In this document: piece by piece, positions 11,042 to 19,969 of the stretch
Position numbering within the stretch: the first letter of the stretch is position 1
Layout: each line of letters begins with the position of its first letter
Assembly: GCA_026396805.1 (NCBI GenBank)
Contig: JAPLVZ010000008.1
Location: forward strand, 1 to 61,815
Direction of reading: 5' to 3'
Length of the DNA stretch: 61,815 nucleotides
Source: Candidatus Falkowbacteria bacterium
GTDB taxonomy: Bacteria > Patescibacteriota > Patescibacteriia > Patescibacteriales > UBA12465
Translations under genes and position numbers: made by a program
The notes under the pieces: generated by a model
Seen by the model: only the letters and a program-made list of their open reading frames with translations
What the model was told of the DNA's origin: nothing
Databases searched by the model: none

Positions 11042-11596
11042 TTATTTCCCGAATTTGAAGCTAGAAAACATCTGACTGATTTCGTCACGGTTGTAATATT
11101 CATTTGAACAAGGGTATAGTTCGATATAAGTATTTCCATTATCAAATAATATAAAATCTTCTAGATAATCCTTTGTATGCTTACCAGTAAAATCAGCCCC
11201 AACTTTATTAATTCCACTAACACGAAAAGCTTTATGTCCATCTATAGTTTTAAAGTCAATCGAAAGGTCGCTGATGTAATTATACTTAGATTGAGCATCT
11301 CGCTCTAATTGATTAAAAGAAATATCCGATTTTTTAACTTGTATAGTGTATTCTCCTCTGCATGCATCTATAATTAAAAGTTTTCTAGGATTACTGGTTA
11401 AGGTTAAAACTTCTTCCGCATATTCTGTCCGGCCTTCTGACGAAACGGAATACTTACTTAGATATTCAAAGCTAAATCCAAACCCCTTGTCTGTATAAGT
11501 TTTAACCCTATTAACAAACGTAAAATAACCAACCACACCAACGAGTGTGACAATGACTAGCACTAGAATTATGTTTACAAATCCTTTTTGGTTCAT
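11042..11596 (-). CDS. Hypothetical N-terminally anchored protein
   Basis: 184 aa with an N-terminal helix (FVNIILVLVIVTLVGVVGYFTF) in an AT-rich region. Confidence 0.5.
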   Translation of the reverse strand: MNQKGFVNIILVLVIVTLVGVVGYFTFVNRVKTYTDKGFGFSFEYLSKYSVSSEGRTEYAEEVLTLTSNPRKLLIIDACRGEYTIQVKKSDISFNQLERDAQSKYNYISDLSIDFKTIDGHKAFRVSGINKVGADFTGKHTKDYLEDFILFDNGNTYIELYPCSNEYYNRDEISQMFSSFKFGK

Positions 11597-11651
11597 ACGA
11601 ATTATTATAGCAAATTAATTTTCGACTTTCTCCAACTTGTGATTTCCTTAA

Positions 11652-11727
11652 TGGTGCCCCGTGCAGGATTCGAACCTGCGACCGTCTCGTTAAGAGCGAG
11701 CCGCTCTACCAACTGAGCTAACGAGGC
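11652..11727 (-). tRNA. tRNA-Lys (anticodon CTT), CCA encoded
   Basis: The reverse complement folds as a cloverleaf: GCCTCGT/ACGGGGC acceptor, anticodon loop CTCTTAA, T-loop TTCGAAT. Confidence 0.9.
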
Positions 11728-11732
11728 ATTTA

Positions 11733-12416
11733 TTATTTTGTTTCAATGATATGATAAATTTGTTCCACCCAAGTCATAATACGATGTCTAAGATTTTCCG
11801 TCCCTTTTCCGCACACCTGGATTCTAATGATGCCATGAGATAGGATATTTTTACGATGTCCCGTCCCTGGTTGCTTGATAAAACTTTTACCGAAATTTTG
11901 TAAAGGAATACCGGTTAATTTTGACCAATATTTTTTTATTACTAAATCATTATCTTGATTATGTATGTGTAAGTACGCTTTTATTCGGTTAATATCAATA
12001 TGTAAAAAATTTTTAAACCATTTAAGCATAAATAATATTATCCGTTCATCCGAATTAGCAATATACAGGCCGTTAGTTTTACAGCCCTCCGCCCAATAGA
12101 GCATGGCCCCGGCTACTAAAAAAGTAAAATCATTAATTTTTTTCCCGTTCATTTCTTTTTCGGCCAGTCTTTTCACTTCAGTAATTTCCGCTACCCTTAT
12201 CTCATGCAACCGCCTAGATCCTAGTTCTAAAACCTTTTTTTTATTGGCGAATAATTTATTATACTGCGCCGGTAATAATTTTATATCTTTGCACCATAAA
12301 CTGATATTGCTTTTTGAGGTCGCGCATTGTTTAGCAATGTTCCCATAACTAAAACCCTCTCGCCTAAGCATTCTAACTTTTGTATATAAAATTTTGTTTT
12401 TTGGTTTCCGAACCAT
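11733..12416 (-). CDS. Free-standing HTH + LAGLIDADG-like putative homing endonuclease
   Basis: 227 aa with an N-terminal HTH-like segment (GFSYGNIAKQCATSKSNISLW), a degenerate LAGLIDADG-like block VAGAMLYWAEGCK, and then NSDERIILFMLKWF. It is wedged between tRNA genes. Confidence 0.4.
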   Translation of the reverse strand: MVRKPKNKILYTKVRMLRREGFSYGNIAKQCATSKSNISLWCKDIKLLPAQYNKLFANKKKVLELGSRRLHEIRVAEITEVKRLAEKEMNGKKINDFTFLVAGAMLYWAEGCKTNGLYIANSDERIILFMLKWFKNFLHIDINRIKAYLHIHNQDNDLVIKKYWSKLTGIPLQNFGKSFIKQPGTGHRKNILSHGIIRIQVCGKGTENLRHRIMTWVEQIYHIIETK

Positions 12417-12481
12417 ATCAACGTGTTATATAACAATTGTACCAAAAGGTAAAAGAACTGTAAACGGTGGCAGGAAACTGT

Positions 12482-12554
12482 GGCGGGGGCGGGACTCGAA
12501 CCCGCGACCTTAGCGTTATGAGTGCTACGCTCTAACCAGCTGAGCTACCCAGCC
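12482..12554 (-). tRNA. tRNA-Met (anticodon CAT, elongator-like), no CCA
   Basis: The cloverleaf starts GGCTGGGTAGCTCAGCTGGTTAGAGC, with anticodon loop CTCATAA. It has a U4-C69 mismatch and an A31-C39 mismatch. A lysidine-type Ile identity cannot be excluded from sequence alone. Confidence 0.75.
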
Positions 12555-12592
12555 ATTTTTTTCGGGTGCTACTCCGTGCGCCAACCGGCGGA

Positions 12593-12606
12593 TGAGCTAC
12601 CCAGCC
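12593..12606 (-). repeat. Duplicated 14-nt 5' fragment of the tRNA-Met gene
   Basis: TGAGCTACCCAGCC at 12593-12606 is identical to 12541-12554. Confidence 0.8.
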
Positions 12607-12632
12607 AAATAACCGGGCTGACCCGGTTAATG

Positions 12633-12706
12633 TGCGCCCGGCAGGATTTGAACCTGCAACCTCATGGTCCGAAGCCAAGCACTCTATCCAGTTGAGCTAC
12701 GAGCGC
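12633..12706 (-). tRNA. tRNA-Arg (anticodon TCG), no CCA
   Basis: Cloverleaf with GCGCTCG/CGGGCGC acceptor, anticodon loop CTTCGGA, T-loop TTCAAAT. Confidence 0.88.
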
Positions 12707-12769
12707 TAATAATACGCCCTTATCATAAGGAAGCGCGTTTCCTTTAGAGAGAGCTCGGGCGTGTCATGT

Positions 12770-13057
12770 TTATCTGTTTCCCTTCAAAGCCTGCTTAAGA
12801 TGGTAGCCGGTTTTGAATTTCGCCACCTTAACCGCCGGAATCGTTATTCTCTCGGTTGGCTTTTGCGGGTTAACGCCGCCACGGGAATAACGAACTCGGG
12901 ATAAGAAGGTGCCGAAACCGGCAATCGTCACTTCGCGGTCGTTTTTCAACTCTTCCACGATAGTGTCGGTTAGGACATCTAGCATCTTTTCGGCCTGCTT
13001 TTTGTTGAGGCCCTCGACATCATGATGAATTTTGTCGATTAGTTGTGCCTTGTTCAT
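12770..13057 (-). CDS. hup: HU/IHF-family DNA-binding protein
   Basis: 95 aa with MNKAQLIDKI and GFGTF...R..RNP-like arm (GFGTFLSRVRYSRGGVNPQKP). Confidence 0.9.
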   Translation of the reverse strand: MNKAQLIDKIHHDVEGLNKKQAEKMLDVLTDTIVEELKNDREVTIAGFGTFLSRVRYSRGGVNPQKPTERITIPAVKVAKFKTGYHLKQALKGNR

Positions 13058-13125
13058 ATTTTTGTTTTAGCTTAATTTTTAAGCATGACTTTAGAAAATA
13101 ATGGCTTTTTAAAGGGTTTTTGGCT

Positions 13126-14649
13126 TTACCTGGCGTATTCGGTCACCCGCAATTCTCTGATAACGTTGACTTTTATCTCCCCTGGGTATTTTAACTCATT
13201 TTCTATCTTTTTTGCAATATCTCTAGCCAAATTATAAGCCTTAAGATCATCGATCTGTTCCGGCTGAACAAAAACGCGAACTTCGCGGCCGGCCTGAATG
13301 GCATAAACTTTTTCAATGCCTTCAAAGGTTAAAGCGATTTTTTCCAGCTCTTCTAAGCGTTGCAGATAGTTTTCATAGTTATCTTTGCGCGCTCCTGGTC
13401 GAGCGGAAGAAATAGCGTCGGCCACTTTAACGATAACGGAGATAAGAGTCGCCGGTTTATCATCATGATGGGTGGCAATCGGAGCGATAATCTCCGGCGG
13501 CAAGTTAAACTTCTTGGCGATATCGCGGCCGATCTCGGTATGGTTTCCCTGGACTTCGTGGTCAACCGCTTTGCCGATATCATGGAGCAAACCGCCCTTT
13601 TTGGCGAGAGTAACATCAGCTCCTAATTCTTCGGCGAGCATCGCGGCCAAATGAGCGACTTCAATCGAATGTTTTAAAGCGTTTTGACCGTAACTGGTAC
13701 GATATTTTAAGCGGCCCAGAATTTGGACAAGTTTCGGTTCAAAGCCGGTCACGCCGACTTCATACATCGCCTCTTCGCCGGCCTTCTTGATATCAAGAGC
13801 GATATCTTTTTTGGCGTTCTCAACCGCCTCTTCAACCTTAGTCGGATGGATGCGGCCGTCTTTTATCAAGTAATCAAGAGCCTTTTTCGCGATATGGCGG
13901 CGGATGAGCGAGAAACCTGAAACAGTAATGGCGTTAGGAGTATCGTCAACGATTATTTCCACGCCGGTCATATTCTCGATCGCCTTGATGTTTCGGCCTT
14001 CGCGGCCAATAATTCGGCCTTTCATTTCATCGTTTGGCAGGTCAACGGTCGTGGTCGTGAGTTCCACGGTATAATTAGAAACCAATCTCTGCATCGCGAG
14101 CGCCATGATATCTTTAGCTTTTTCGCCCAACGCTTCTTCGGCGTTATTTTCCAACTTATTAATTCGGACAATCAAATCTTCAGCGCTTTTTGCCTCCACA
14201 TTTTTGAGCAATATTTCTTTGGCCTCGGCTTGGCTGAGTCCGGAAACACTCTCCAGCTTGGCTTCTTGTTCAACTTTAATACTCTTAATTCTTTCCTTGA
14301 TTTCTTGGACCTCGTTAACCTTATCAAATAGTTTTTGCTGTTTTTCCTGTAAATCTAAAAGTTTTTGGGAAAAAGAAGTTTCTCTTTGCTCCAGTCTCTT
14401 TTGCAGATTGTTCATTTCGTTGCGGCGGTCAACCTCTTCTTTTTTTGACTCTTCAATAATTTTCAAAGCCTTGTCCTGGGCCTTCAGAAGCAGGTCTTTT
14501 TCTTTGGTTTTAGCCTCACTAATAAGTTTGTCGGCCTTTCCGGCGGCATTATTGATTTTAGAATTGGCTGATTTTTTGTAGAAAACATAGCCAATAAAAA
14601 AACCACCCGTAATCAAGACCGCGTACAAGACATAGTTCAAGTATTCCAT
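13126..14649 (-). CDS. rny: Ribonuclease Y
   Basis: 507 aa with an N-terminal TM helix, a coiled coil, a KH domain (GRIIGREGRNI) and an HD domain (LLHDIGKA). Confidence 0.95.
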   Translation of the reverse strand: MEYLNYVLYAVLITGGFFIGYVFYKKSANSKINNAAGKADKLISEAKTKEKDLLLKAQDKALKIIEESKKEEVDRRNEMNNLQKRLEQRETSFSQKLLDLQEKQQKLFDKVNEVQEIKERIKSIKVEQEAKLESVSGLSQAEAKEILLKNVEAKSAEDLIVRINKLENNAEEALGEKAKDIMALAMQRLVSNYTVELTTTTVDLPNDEMKGRIIGREGRNIKAIENMTGVEIIVDDTPNAITVSGFSLIRRHIAKKALDYLIKDGRIHPTKVEEAVENAKKDIALDIKKAGEEAMYEVGVTGFEPKLVQILGRLKYRTSYGQNALKHSIEVAHLAAMLAEELGADVTLAKKGGLLHDIGKAVDHEVQGNHTEIGRDIAKKFNLPPEIIAPIATHHDDKPATLISVIVKVADAISSARPGARKDNYENYLQRLEELEKIALTFEGIEKVYAIQAGREVRVFVQPEQIDDLKAYNLARDIAKKIENELKYPGEIKVNVIRELRVTEYAR

Positions 14650-15027
14650 ATAAGGGGCGGCTGTCTTTAGAAATTGGGCGGTTAAGCTCCAGAAGTATTA
14701 AATTTTTGAAAAACTAACCACGCGTCCACAGGGAAGTTGTGTTTATTTTAGAGATGAGTTTAAACTCGTTTGATTTTTAGCTAATTTTAGATTAAAAATC
14801 AGGGAAAACATAAATGATTTGATGCTCAAAAATAATTTTTTTTCACAGTTGATCGGCGGTTAGTTCTTTCAATAATTTCTAAAAACAGATTTGATTAATA
14901 TTTTATTTAGATTACAAGATTACCTTAGCATTAATTTTAAATTTTGGGAAGAGGGCGGGTTTGGCTGTCTCCATTTTCGCAATCGGCACCTTTTGATGAA
15001 AATTTAGGTGATTTTAGGGCTTTTTGG

Positions 15028-15056
15028 TTGACTAAAGCCCAAAAATAACGTAATCT
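15028..15056 (+). promoter_or_regulatory. Putative sigma70-type promoter for infB
   Basis: TTGACT-17 nt-TAATCT lies about 30 nt upstream of the ATG. The -35 element sits in the loop of a GGGCTTT/AAAGCCC hairpin. Confidence 0.35.
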
Positions 15057-15088
15057 TAAAGAATAGATCAATATTTAAATCAATCTTC

Positions 15089-17062
15089 ATGAATGTAACC
15101 GAACTAGCCCGTATTCTAAGAATTCCTCCTCAAGAACTGCGCGATTTATTGCCGCAGCTCGGTTTTGCGATCGGTCAAAAAGCGATCAAGGTAGATAACA
15201 ATACGGCCAAGAAGATAATTAGAGATTGGCCGTTTTTAAGACGTGAGTGGGAACAAAAGAAAATGGCCGCGGCCATGAAAAAACAGGATGAAGTTTTACC
15301 CAAGGAAAAGAAGACTATTTTCGTCCCGAAGGTTATAACCGTCCGCGCTTACGCGGAGCTGGCCGGAATTCCGATTAATCGGGTTTTGGCGGAATTAATG
15401 AAAAATGGTGTTTTCACTTCAATTAACGAAAAAATAGATTTTGATACGGCGATGATTATCGGTGAGAATTTAAATCTGGACGTCCAACTGGCCGAAGCCA
15501 AGCTCGAAGATAACGATAAGGAAGATAAAAAATTAGCCGACATCTTGGCGGGTGAAGCGACGGAAAATCTTCAGGACCGTCCGCCGGTTATTGTGGTCAT
15601 GGGTCACGTTGATCACGGCAAGACTAAACTGTTAGATTCTATCCGCAGTACGAATGTTATCGCCGGCGAGGCCGGTGGCATTACCCAGCATATTGGCGCC
15701 TATCAGATTACCCGCAAGGGTCGCGTCCTCACCTTTATTGATACTCCCGGGCATGAAGCTTTTACCGCTATGCGCAGCCGTGGCGCTAAGGTCGCCGATA
15801 TCGCTATCTTAGTGGTAGCGGCCGATGATGGCGTTAAACCGCAGACGATCGAGGCCTTTCGAATTATCGAAGCCGCGAAAATTCCGTATCTGGTCGCGAT
15901 TAATAAGATAGATAAGCCGACGGCCGATATTAACAGAACTAAACAGGAATTATCCACGCAATTAAATATCGCCCCGGAAGATTGGGGCGGGAAGACCATC
16001 TGTTCGCCGATTTCCGCTAAAGACGGAACCGGGATTGAAGAACTGTTGAATATGGTCTTGTTGGTGGCGGAAACCGAAGGAACGGCTTTAAAAGCCAATC
16101 CGAACGCGGACGCGGCCGGGACTGTCATCGAATCTAATGTCGATAAAACAGCCGGACCGCTGGCGACCATCCTTATCCAGAACGGGACTTTGCGGGTCGG
16201 CGACCAGTTATGTTTTAACGAGATTATTTACGGCAAAGTCAAATCGTTGAGAAATTATAAAGGCGAAGAGGTGAAAGAGGCCGGTCCTTCCACTCCGGTT
16301 AAGATTCTGGGCCTAAAAATTTCTCCGGCTGTCGGCGATATCTTGAATGTCGGCGAGGGTGAAAAAATAAAGATCAGGAAAATAAAATCCGGTCCTCAAA
16401 ATGCCGATAATCTTCCGGCGGCCGGCGATGATGGCGGAGAAGACAAGATTCCGAAAGTCAATGTCGTCATCAAGACAGACTTTTTAGGTTCGGCGGAAGC
16501 GATCGAAGAGTCTTTATTGAAATTGAATAATGAAAAAGTAAAAGTAAAAATAATCAGCAAAGGCCTAGGCTATATTACCGAAGGCGATATTAAGCGCGCT
16601 GAAGACGCCGGCGCGAAAATTTTAGGGTTTAATGTCCGGATGTCGCCGGCGATAGAGAATCTGGTCCGCGAAAAGCAGGTGACAGTCAGGATTTTTTCCA
16701 TCATTTATGATTTGATTAAATTCATTAAAGACGAGATGCAACTCTTGGTCAAGCCGGAAATAAATCGGATTGATTTAGGGCGTTTGAAAGTTTTAGCTGT
16801 TTTTCGGACGGAAAATAACAGCCAGATTGTCGGCGGGAAAGTTTTGGATGGAATTTTAAAAAATAACAGCTTAGTGGCGGTTAAGCGTGGCGACGATTTC
16901 ATCGTCTCCGGCAAATTGACGCGTCTTCAATCAGGCAAACAGGATGTCGATCAGGTTGAACAGGATCAAGAAGCCGGCCTTAAATATGAAGGGAAGCCGC
17001 TTATTGTCGTTGATGATATTTTATATATTTATCGGGAGGAAAGAGTTGTTGATAAGATTTAA
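15089..17062 (+). CDS. infB: Translation initiation factor IF-2
   Basis: 657 aa with GTPase motifs GHVDHGKT, DTPGH and NKID. No nusA gene lies upstream. Confidence 0.96.
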   Translation: MNVTELARILRIPPQELRDLLPQLGFAIGQKAIKVDNNTAKKIIRDWPFLRREWEQKKMAAAMKKQDEVLPKEKKTIFVPKVITVRAYAELAGIPINRVLAELMKNGVFTSINEKIDFDTAMIIGENLNLDVQLAEAKLEDNDKEDKKLADILAGEATENLQDRPPVIVVMGHVDHGKTKLLDSIRSTNVIAGEAGGITQHIGAYQITRKGRVLTFIDTPGHEAFTAMRSRGAKVADIAILVVAADDGVKPQTIEAFRIIEAAKIPYLVAINKIDKPTADINRTKQELSTQLNIAPEDWGGKTICSPISAKDGTGIEELLNMVLLVAETEGTALKANPNADAAGTVIESNVDKTAGPLATILIQNGTLRVGDQLCFNEIIYGKVKSLRNYKGEEVKEAGPSTPVKILGLKISPAVGDILNVGEGEKIKIRKIKSGPQNADNLPAAGDDGGEDKIPKVNVVIKTDFLGSAEAIEESLLKLNNEKVKVKIISKGLGYITEGDIKRAEDAGAKILGFNVRMSPAIENLVREKQVTVRIFSIIYDLIKFIKDEMQLLVKPEINRIDLGRLKVLAVFRTENNSQIVGGKVLDGILKNNSLVAVKRGDDFIVSGKLTRLQSGKQDVDQVEQDQEAGLKYEGKPLIVVDDILYIYREERVVDKI

Positions 17063-17085
17063 CTGGCGTCAGCCCAGGTTTATTT

Positions 17086-17433
17086 ATGTCTAAAATTCCG
17101 CGCTTGAATGAAATCTTAAAAGAGGAATTGGCCGCTGCCATTAATCGCGAGGTCGGTTTGCCGAACGCTCTGATTACCGTTACTTACGTAGAATGCAGTC
17201 CGGATCTGAAGCGGGCGAAAGTTGGGGTTTCGGTCTTGCCGGATAATTTAACCGGGACGGCTTTACATAAATTAACGGCCGGAACCGGGGAAATAGTCAG
17301 GATCTTAAAATCGCGCGTTAAACTAAGGGCTATGCCGCATCTGATTTGGGAGTTTGACGCGACGGAAAGGGAAGCCGGCAAGATTGAAAAATTAATCGCC
17401 GGAATTACCGGGGACGAATATGAGGATGAGTGA
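17086..17433 (+). CDS. rbfA: Ribosome-binding factor A
   Basis: 115 aa immediately after infB, with an RbfA-like KH-type core (ITVTYVECSPDLKRAKV...P.L.F). Confidence 0.85.
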   Translation: MSKIPRLNEILKEELAAAINREVGLPNALITVTYVECSPDLKRAKVGVSVLPDNLTGTALHKLTAGTGEIVRILKSRVKLRAMPHLIWEFDATEREAGKIEKLIAGITGDEYEDE

Positions 17434-17470
17434 TTATAAGATGGAGTAAAATATGGAGTAAAATAAAGAA

Positions 17471-17494
17471 TCCAGCCAGTCTGGACTTTTTTTT
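17471..17494 (+). terminator. Intrinsic terminator after rbfA
   Basis: TCCAG-CCAGT-CTGGA followed by T8. Confidence 0.5.
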
Positions 17495-17518
17495 ATTTTT
17501 GAGGTAGGATAAGCGGTT

Positions 17519-18529
17519 ATGAATTTAACCGAAAAACTACAAGCCGCCTATAATCAGCTCCGCTTAGCCAAGCGGGTTTTAATCGTCGCTCATACTTCTC
17601 CGGATGCCGATGCTTTGGCGTCTGTCGGGGCGATGATTGAGGTCGCCAGATTCCTTAAACTGAATATCTATGCCTATGCGGATAAAAAACCGGAAGGAGT
17701 TTATGGTTTCATCCCCAACGAAGCCCTGGTCTTCTCGAAAGAGCCTGAAGACCTGCGGCAGTTTGATGTTATTTTAATCCTTGATTGCGGCTCCATTTCC
17801 CGGACGGGTCTGGAAGCGCGTTTAAGAGCCTTACTTAAAGCCGAATCCGAAGGCCGAATTGTTGAACGCCCATATCTGATAGAATTTGACCATCATCCGC
17901 TTCAAGAAGCTTACGCGGATTTAGAAATCCGCTTGTCCGATAAAGCCTCAACAACAGAAATAATTTACCACTTTTTGAAAGAAAATAATTTAGAAATTAC
18001 TAAAGAACTGGCTAATTGCATCCTGATCGGCTTAATGACCGATACTGGACATTTTTTACACGCCAATTCTTCTAAAGAAGCGATCACGGTTTCTTCAGAG
18101 ATGCTTCTGCGCGGCGCCTCGCTGCCGAAAATCATCGATCATACCGTTAATAATAAAAGTTTTGTTTCTCTTAAGGTTTGGGGTCGGGCTCTGGAGAATA
18201 TGCATTTTAACGCCGAGACCGGGCTAATCTCATCCGGTTTGACCGCTTCGGAATTAATTGACTTGCTTGGTCCGGAGATGGCTGTGAGTCTAGATTTATT
18301 CGGGGATATTGTTTCTTTTTTAAGCACGCTGGCCGATGTAAAAGTCGCTTTGCTTTTGCGCGAAGAAGGAGATAGGATTAAGGGTAGCTTAAGGACTAAC
18401 GGCGAGGAAGTAGATGTCGCCGCTATCGCGCGCGATTTCGGGGGCGGCGGCCACAAGAAAGCGGCTGGGTTTTCACTGGCGGGGCGGCTGTCTCGGACGG
18501 CTACGGGCTGGAAAGTGATAAAGCGATAG
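17519..18529 (+). CDS. DHH/DHHA1 phosphoesterase (NrnA-like)
   Basis: 336 aa with HTSPDADALAS, DHH (EFDHHP) and C-terminal GGGGHKKAAG motifs. Confidence 0.85.
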   Translation: MNLTEKLQAAYNQLRLAKRVLIVAHTSPDADALASVGAMIEVARFLKLNIYAYADKKPEGVYGFIPNEALVFSKEPEDLRQFDVILILDCGSISRTGLEARLRALLKAESEGRIVERPYLIEFDHHPLQEAYADLEIRLSDKASTTEIIYHFLKENNLEITKELANCILIGLMTDTGHFLHANSSKEAITVSSEMLLRGASLPKIIDHTVNNKSFVSLKVWGRALENMHFNAETGLISSGLTASELIDLLGPEMAVSLDLFGDIVSFLSTLADVKVALLLREEGDRIKGSLRTNGEEVDVAAIARDFGGGGHKKAAGFSLAGRLSRTATGWKVIKR

Positions 18530-18733
18530 CCGCTAAGATTGTTTTTATATATTATAAGATTAATTTCAAAAAAGCCCGAAAAAATTTCGGACTTTTTACT
18601 AGGTCAGGAAACCCCGCACGGAGGTTAAAGTAGTAAGACTAATTATACAGTCAAACTGTGGACTTTGACCGGAGTGCGGGGATGAATGACTCCGCCCTTA
18701 ACACGTCCCGCAGGGACGTGTTAAGCTGTAGTC

Positions 18734-19162
18734 ATGAGAATCCGAGCCTTAAATCATTCAACCTATCAACATCAGTATCATATAGTCTGGGGCACCAAAT
18801 ACCGCCGGAAGTTTTTAAAAGAGTATGTAAGGCCGGAGCTTCTGGCCGTCTTTGGCAACGCCATGAAAAAATATCCCGAGCTCCAGCTTATCGCCATAAA
18901 TACGGATAACGACCATATTCATATGCAAATTGAGATACCCCCAGACATTTCAGTTGCAGCCGCCGTCCAACAATTAAAATCGATGTCCTCGGCTCATCTC
19001 AAAAAAAAGTTTAAATTCATTAAAACTATGTATCTCGACGGCGGCATCTGGAGCGTCGGATATTTTTCCTCGACAATAGGGTTGAACGAAGAACAAATTA
19101 AAAAGTATATCGCTTGGCAAGGCCAGAAGGATTTACCGCAGTCAACAACGCTCGGATTCTAA
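18734..19162 (+). CDS. tnpA: IS200-type Y1 (HUH) transposase TnpA
   Basis: 142 aa with the YHIVWGTKYRR block, HUH-like HIHM, and a C-terminal catalytic-Tyr region (KKYIAWQ). Confidence 0.92.
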   Translation: MRIRALNHSTYQHQYHIVWGTKYRRKFLKEYVRPELLAVFGNAMKKYPELQLIAINTDNDHIHMQIEIPPDISVAAAVQQLKSMSSAHLKKKFKFIKTMYLDGGIWSVGYFSSTIGLNEEQIKKYIAWQGQKDLPQSTTLGF

Positions 19163-19192
19163 TGAAAACCCGGAAAGGAAACCCCGTATGAA

Positions 19193-19218
19193 AAAAGCTA
19201 TCCAAGGGATAGCTTTTT
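19193..19218 (+). terminator. Hairpin/terminator at the IS200 right side
   Basis: AAAAGCTATCC-AAG-GGATAGCTTTT followed by T. Confidence 0.55.
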
Positions 19219-19260
19219 GAGTGCGGGGAGGAGGTCATTGAGTGCGGGGAGGAGGTCATT
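19219..19260. repeat. Perfect 21-bp tandem duplication
   Basis: GAGTGCGGGGAGGAGGTCATT occurs twice, head to tail. Confidence 0.95.
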
Positions 19261-19297
19261 ATTCGGGGTTTAAGATTCAAATTTTTTATCTGTCAGG

Positions 19298-19969
19298 CTA
19301 GACTTTTTTCATGGACCTCTCTCGCCAGGCTTTTATTTTTTTGTGGTCGCCGGAAAGAAGAATTTTAGGAACAGAATATTTTTTACCTTTAGCTGTAAAT
19401 ATTTCGGGGCGGGTATATTGCGGGTATTCCAGGAGTCCGCTGGCGGAATGAGATTCTTCTATCAAGCTTTGGTTATTGCCTAAAACGCCGGGCAGCAAAC
19501 GGACAATCGAATCAATAATAGTAAGCGCCGGCAGTTCGCCGCCGGTCAGCACATAATCGCCGACAGAAAGTTCTTCATCAATGAATTTTTTAATCCTAGC
19601 GTCCACGCCTTCATACCGGCCGCAGATCAGGACTATTTCATCCAACTTCGAATATTTTTGGGCGAGCGCTTGCGTCCATTTCTGGCCGCCGGCCGACATC
19701 AGGATTATTTTTCTTTTTTTCGGGCTTATTTTCTTATTCAGTTTTTTAATATCTTCCAGGGCTTTATAAAGCGGTTCTATTTTCATAAGCATCCCGGCGC
19801 CGCCACCGTAAGGAGCGTCGTCGACAGTTTTATGCTTATCACTGGCCCAGTCGCGAAGATTATGAATCTTGAATTCTACCGCTTTCTTTTTTTGGGCGCG
19901 TTTTAAGATACTCTCATTAATATAAGAGTCGAAGATATTAGGGAGGATGGTTAAAAGATGAAAGGTCAT
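19298..19969 (-). CDS. trmD: tRNA (guanine37-N1)-methyltransferase
   Basis: 223 aa with the conserved blocks DDAPYGGGAGM, CGRYEGVD and GDYVLTGGE. Confidence 0.95.
   Translation of the reverse strand: MTFHLLTILPNIFDSYINESILKRAQKKKAVEFKIHNLRDWASDKHKTVDDAPYGGGAGMLMKIEPLYKALEDIKKLNKKISPKKRKIILMSAGGQKWTQALAQKYSKLDEIVLICGRYEGVDARIKKFIDEELSVGDYVLTGGELPALTIIDSIVRLLPGVLGNNQSLIEESHSASGLLEYPQYTRPEIFTAKGKKYSVPKILLSGDHKKIKAWRERSMKKV

Larger units (their letters stand above)
18601..19275 (+). mobile_element. IS200/IS605-family element carrying tnpA only
   Basis: A Y1 transposase ORF is flanked by structured ends. There is a perfect 13-bp hairpin at 18697-18725, AGGAAACCCCG direct repeats at 18606-18616 and 19176-19186, and GAGTGCGGGGA motifs on both sides. 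The boundaries are approximate. Confidence 0.7.

Noticed and set aside
10918-11145. 75-aa minus-strand ORF
   Set aside because: It overlaps the 3' end of the better-supported 11042..11596 gene and runs through the GC-rich hairpin element. Its composition is not protein-like.
13353-14581. Several ORFs antisense to or nested in rny (13353..13616, 13360..13626, 13472..13654, 13723..13920, 14105..14581)
   Set aside because: RNase Y fully accounts for this interval with clear KH and HD motifs. The others are low-complexity shadow frames.
14650-15088. The 440-bp gap between rny and infB as a possible stable RNA (6S, SRP, tmRNA or RNase P)
   Set aside because: I found none of the conserved motifs of those RNAs. 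The region is very AT-rich and contains a plausible infB promoter. I treat it as a divergent promoter region, though a small RNA cannot be excluded without a covariance-model scan or RNA-seq.
18658-18909. 83-aa ORF overlapping the IS200 left end and the tnpA start
   Set aside because: It is out of frame with the clear Y1 transposase and covers the structured left-end hairpins. There is no supporting motif.
19219-19260. Possible CRISPR-like repeats here and at 37844..37875
   Set aside because: Each has only two head-to-tail copies with no spacers between them, and no cas genes are in the window. They are simple tandem duplications.
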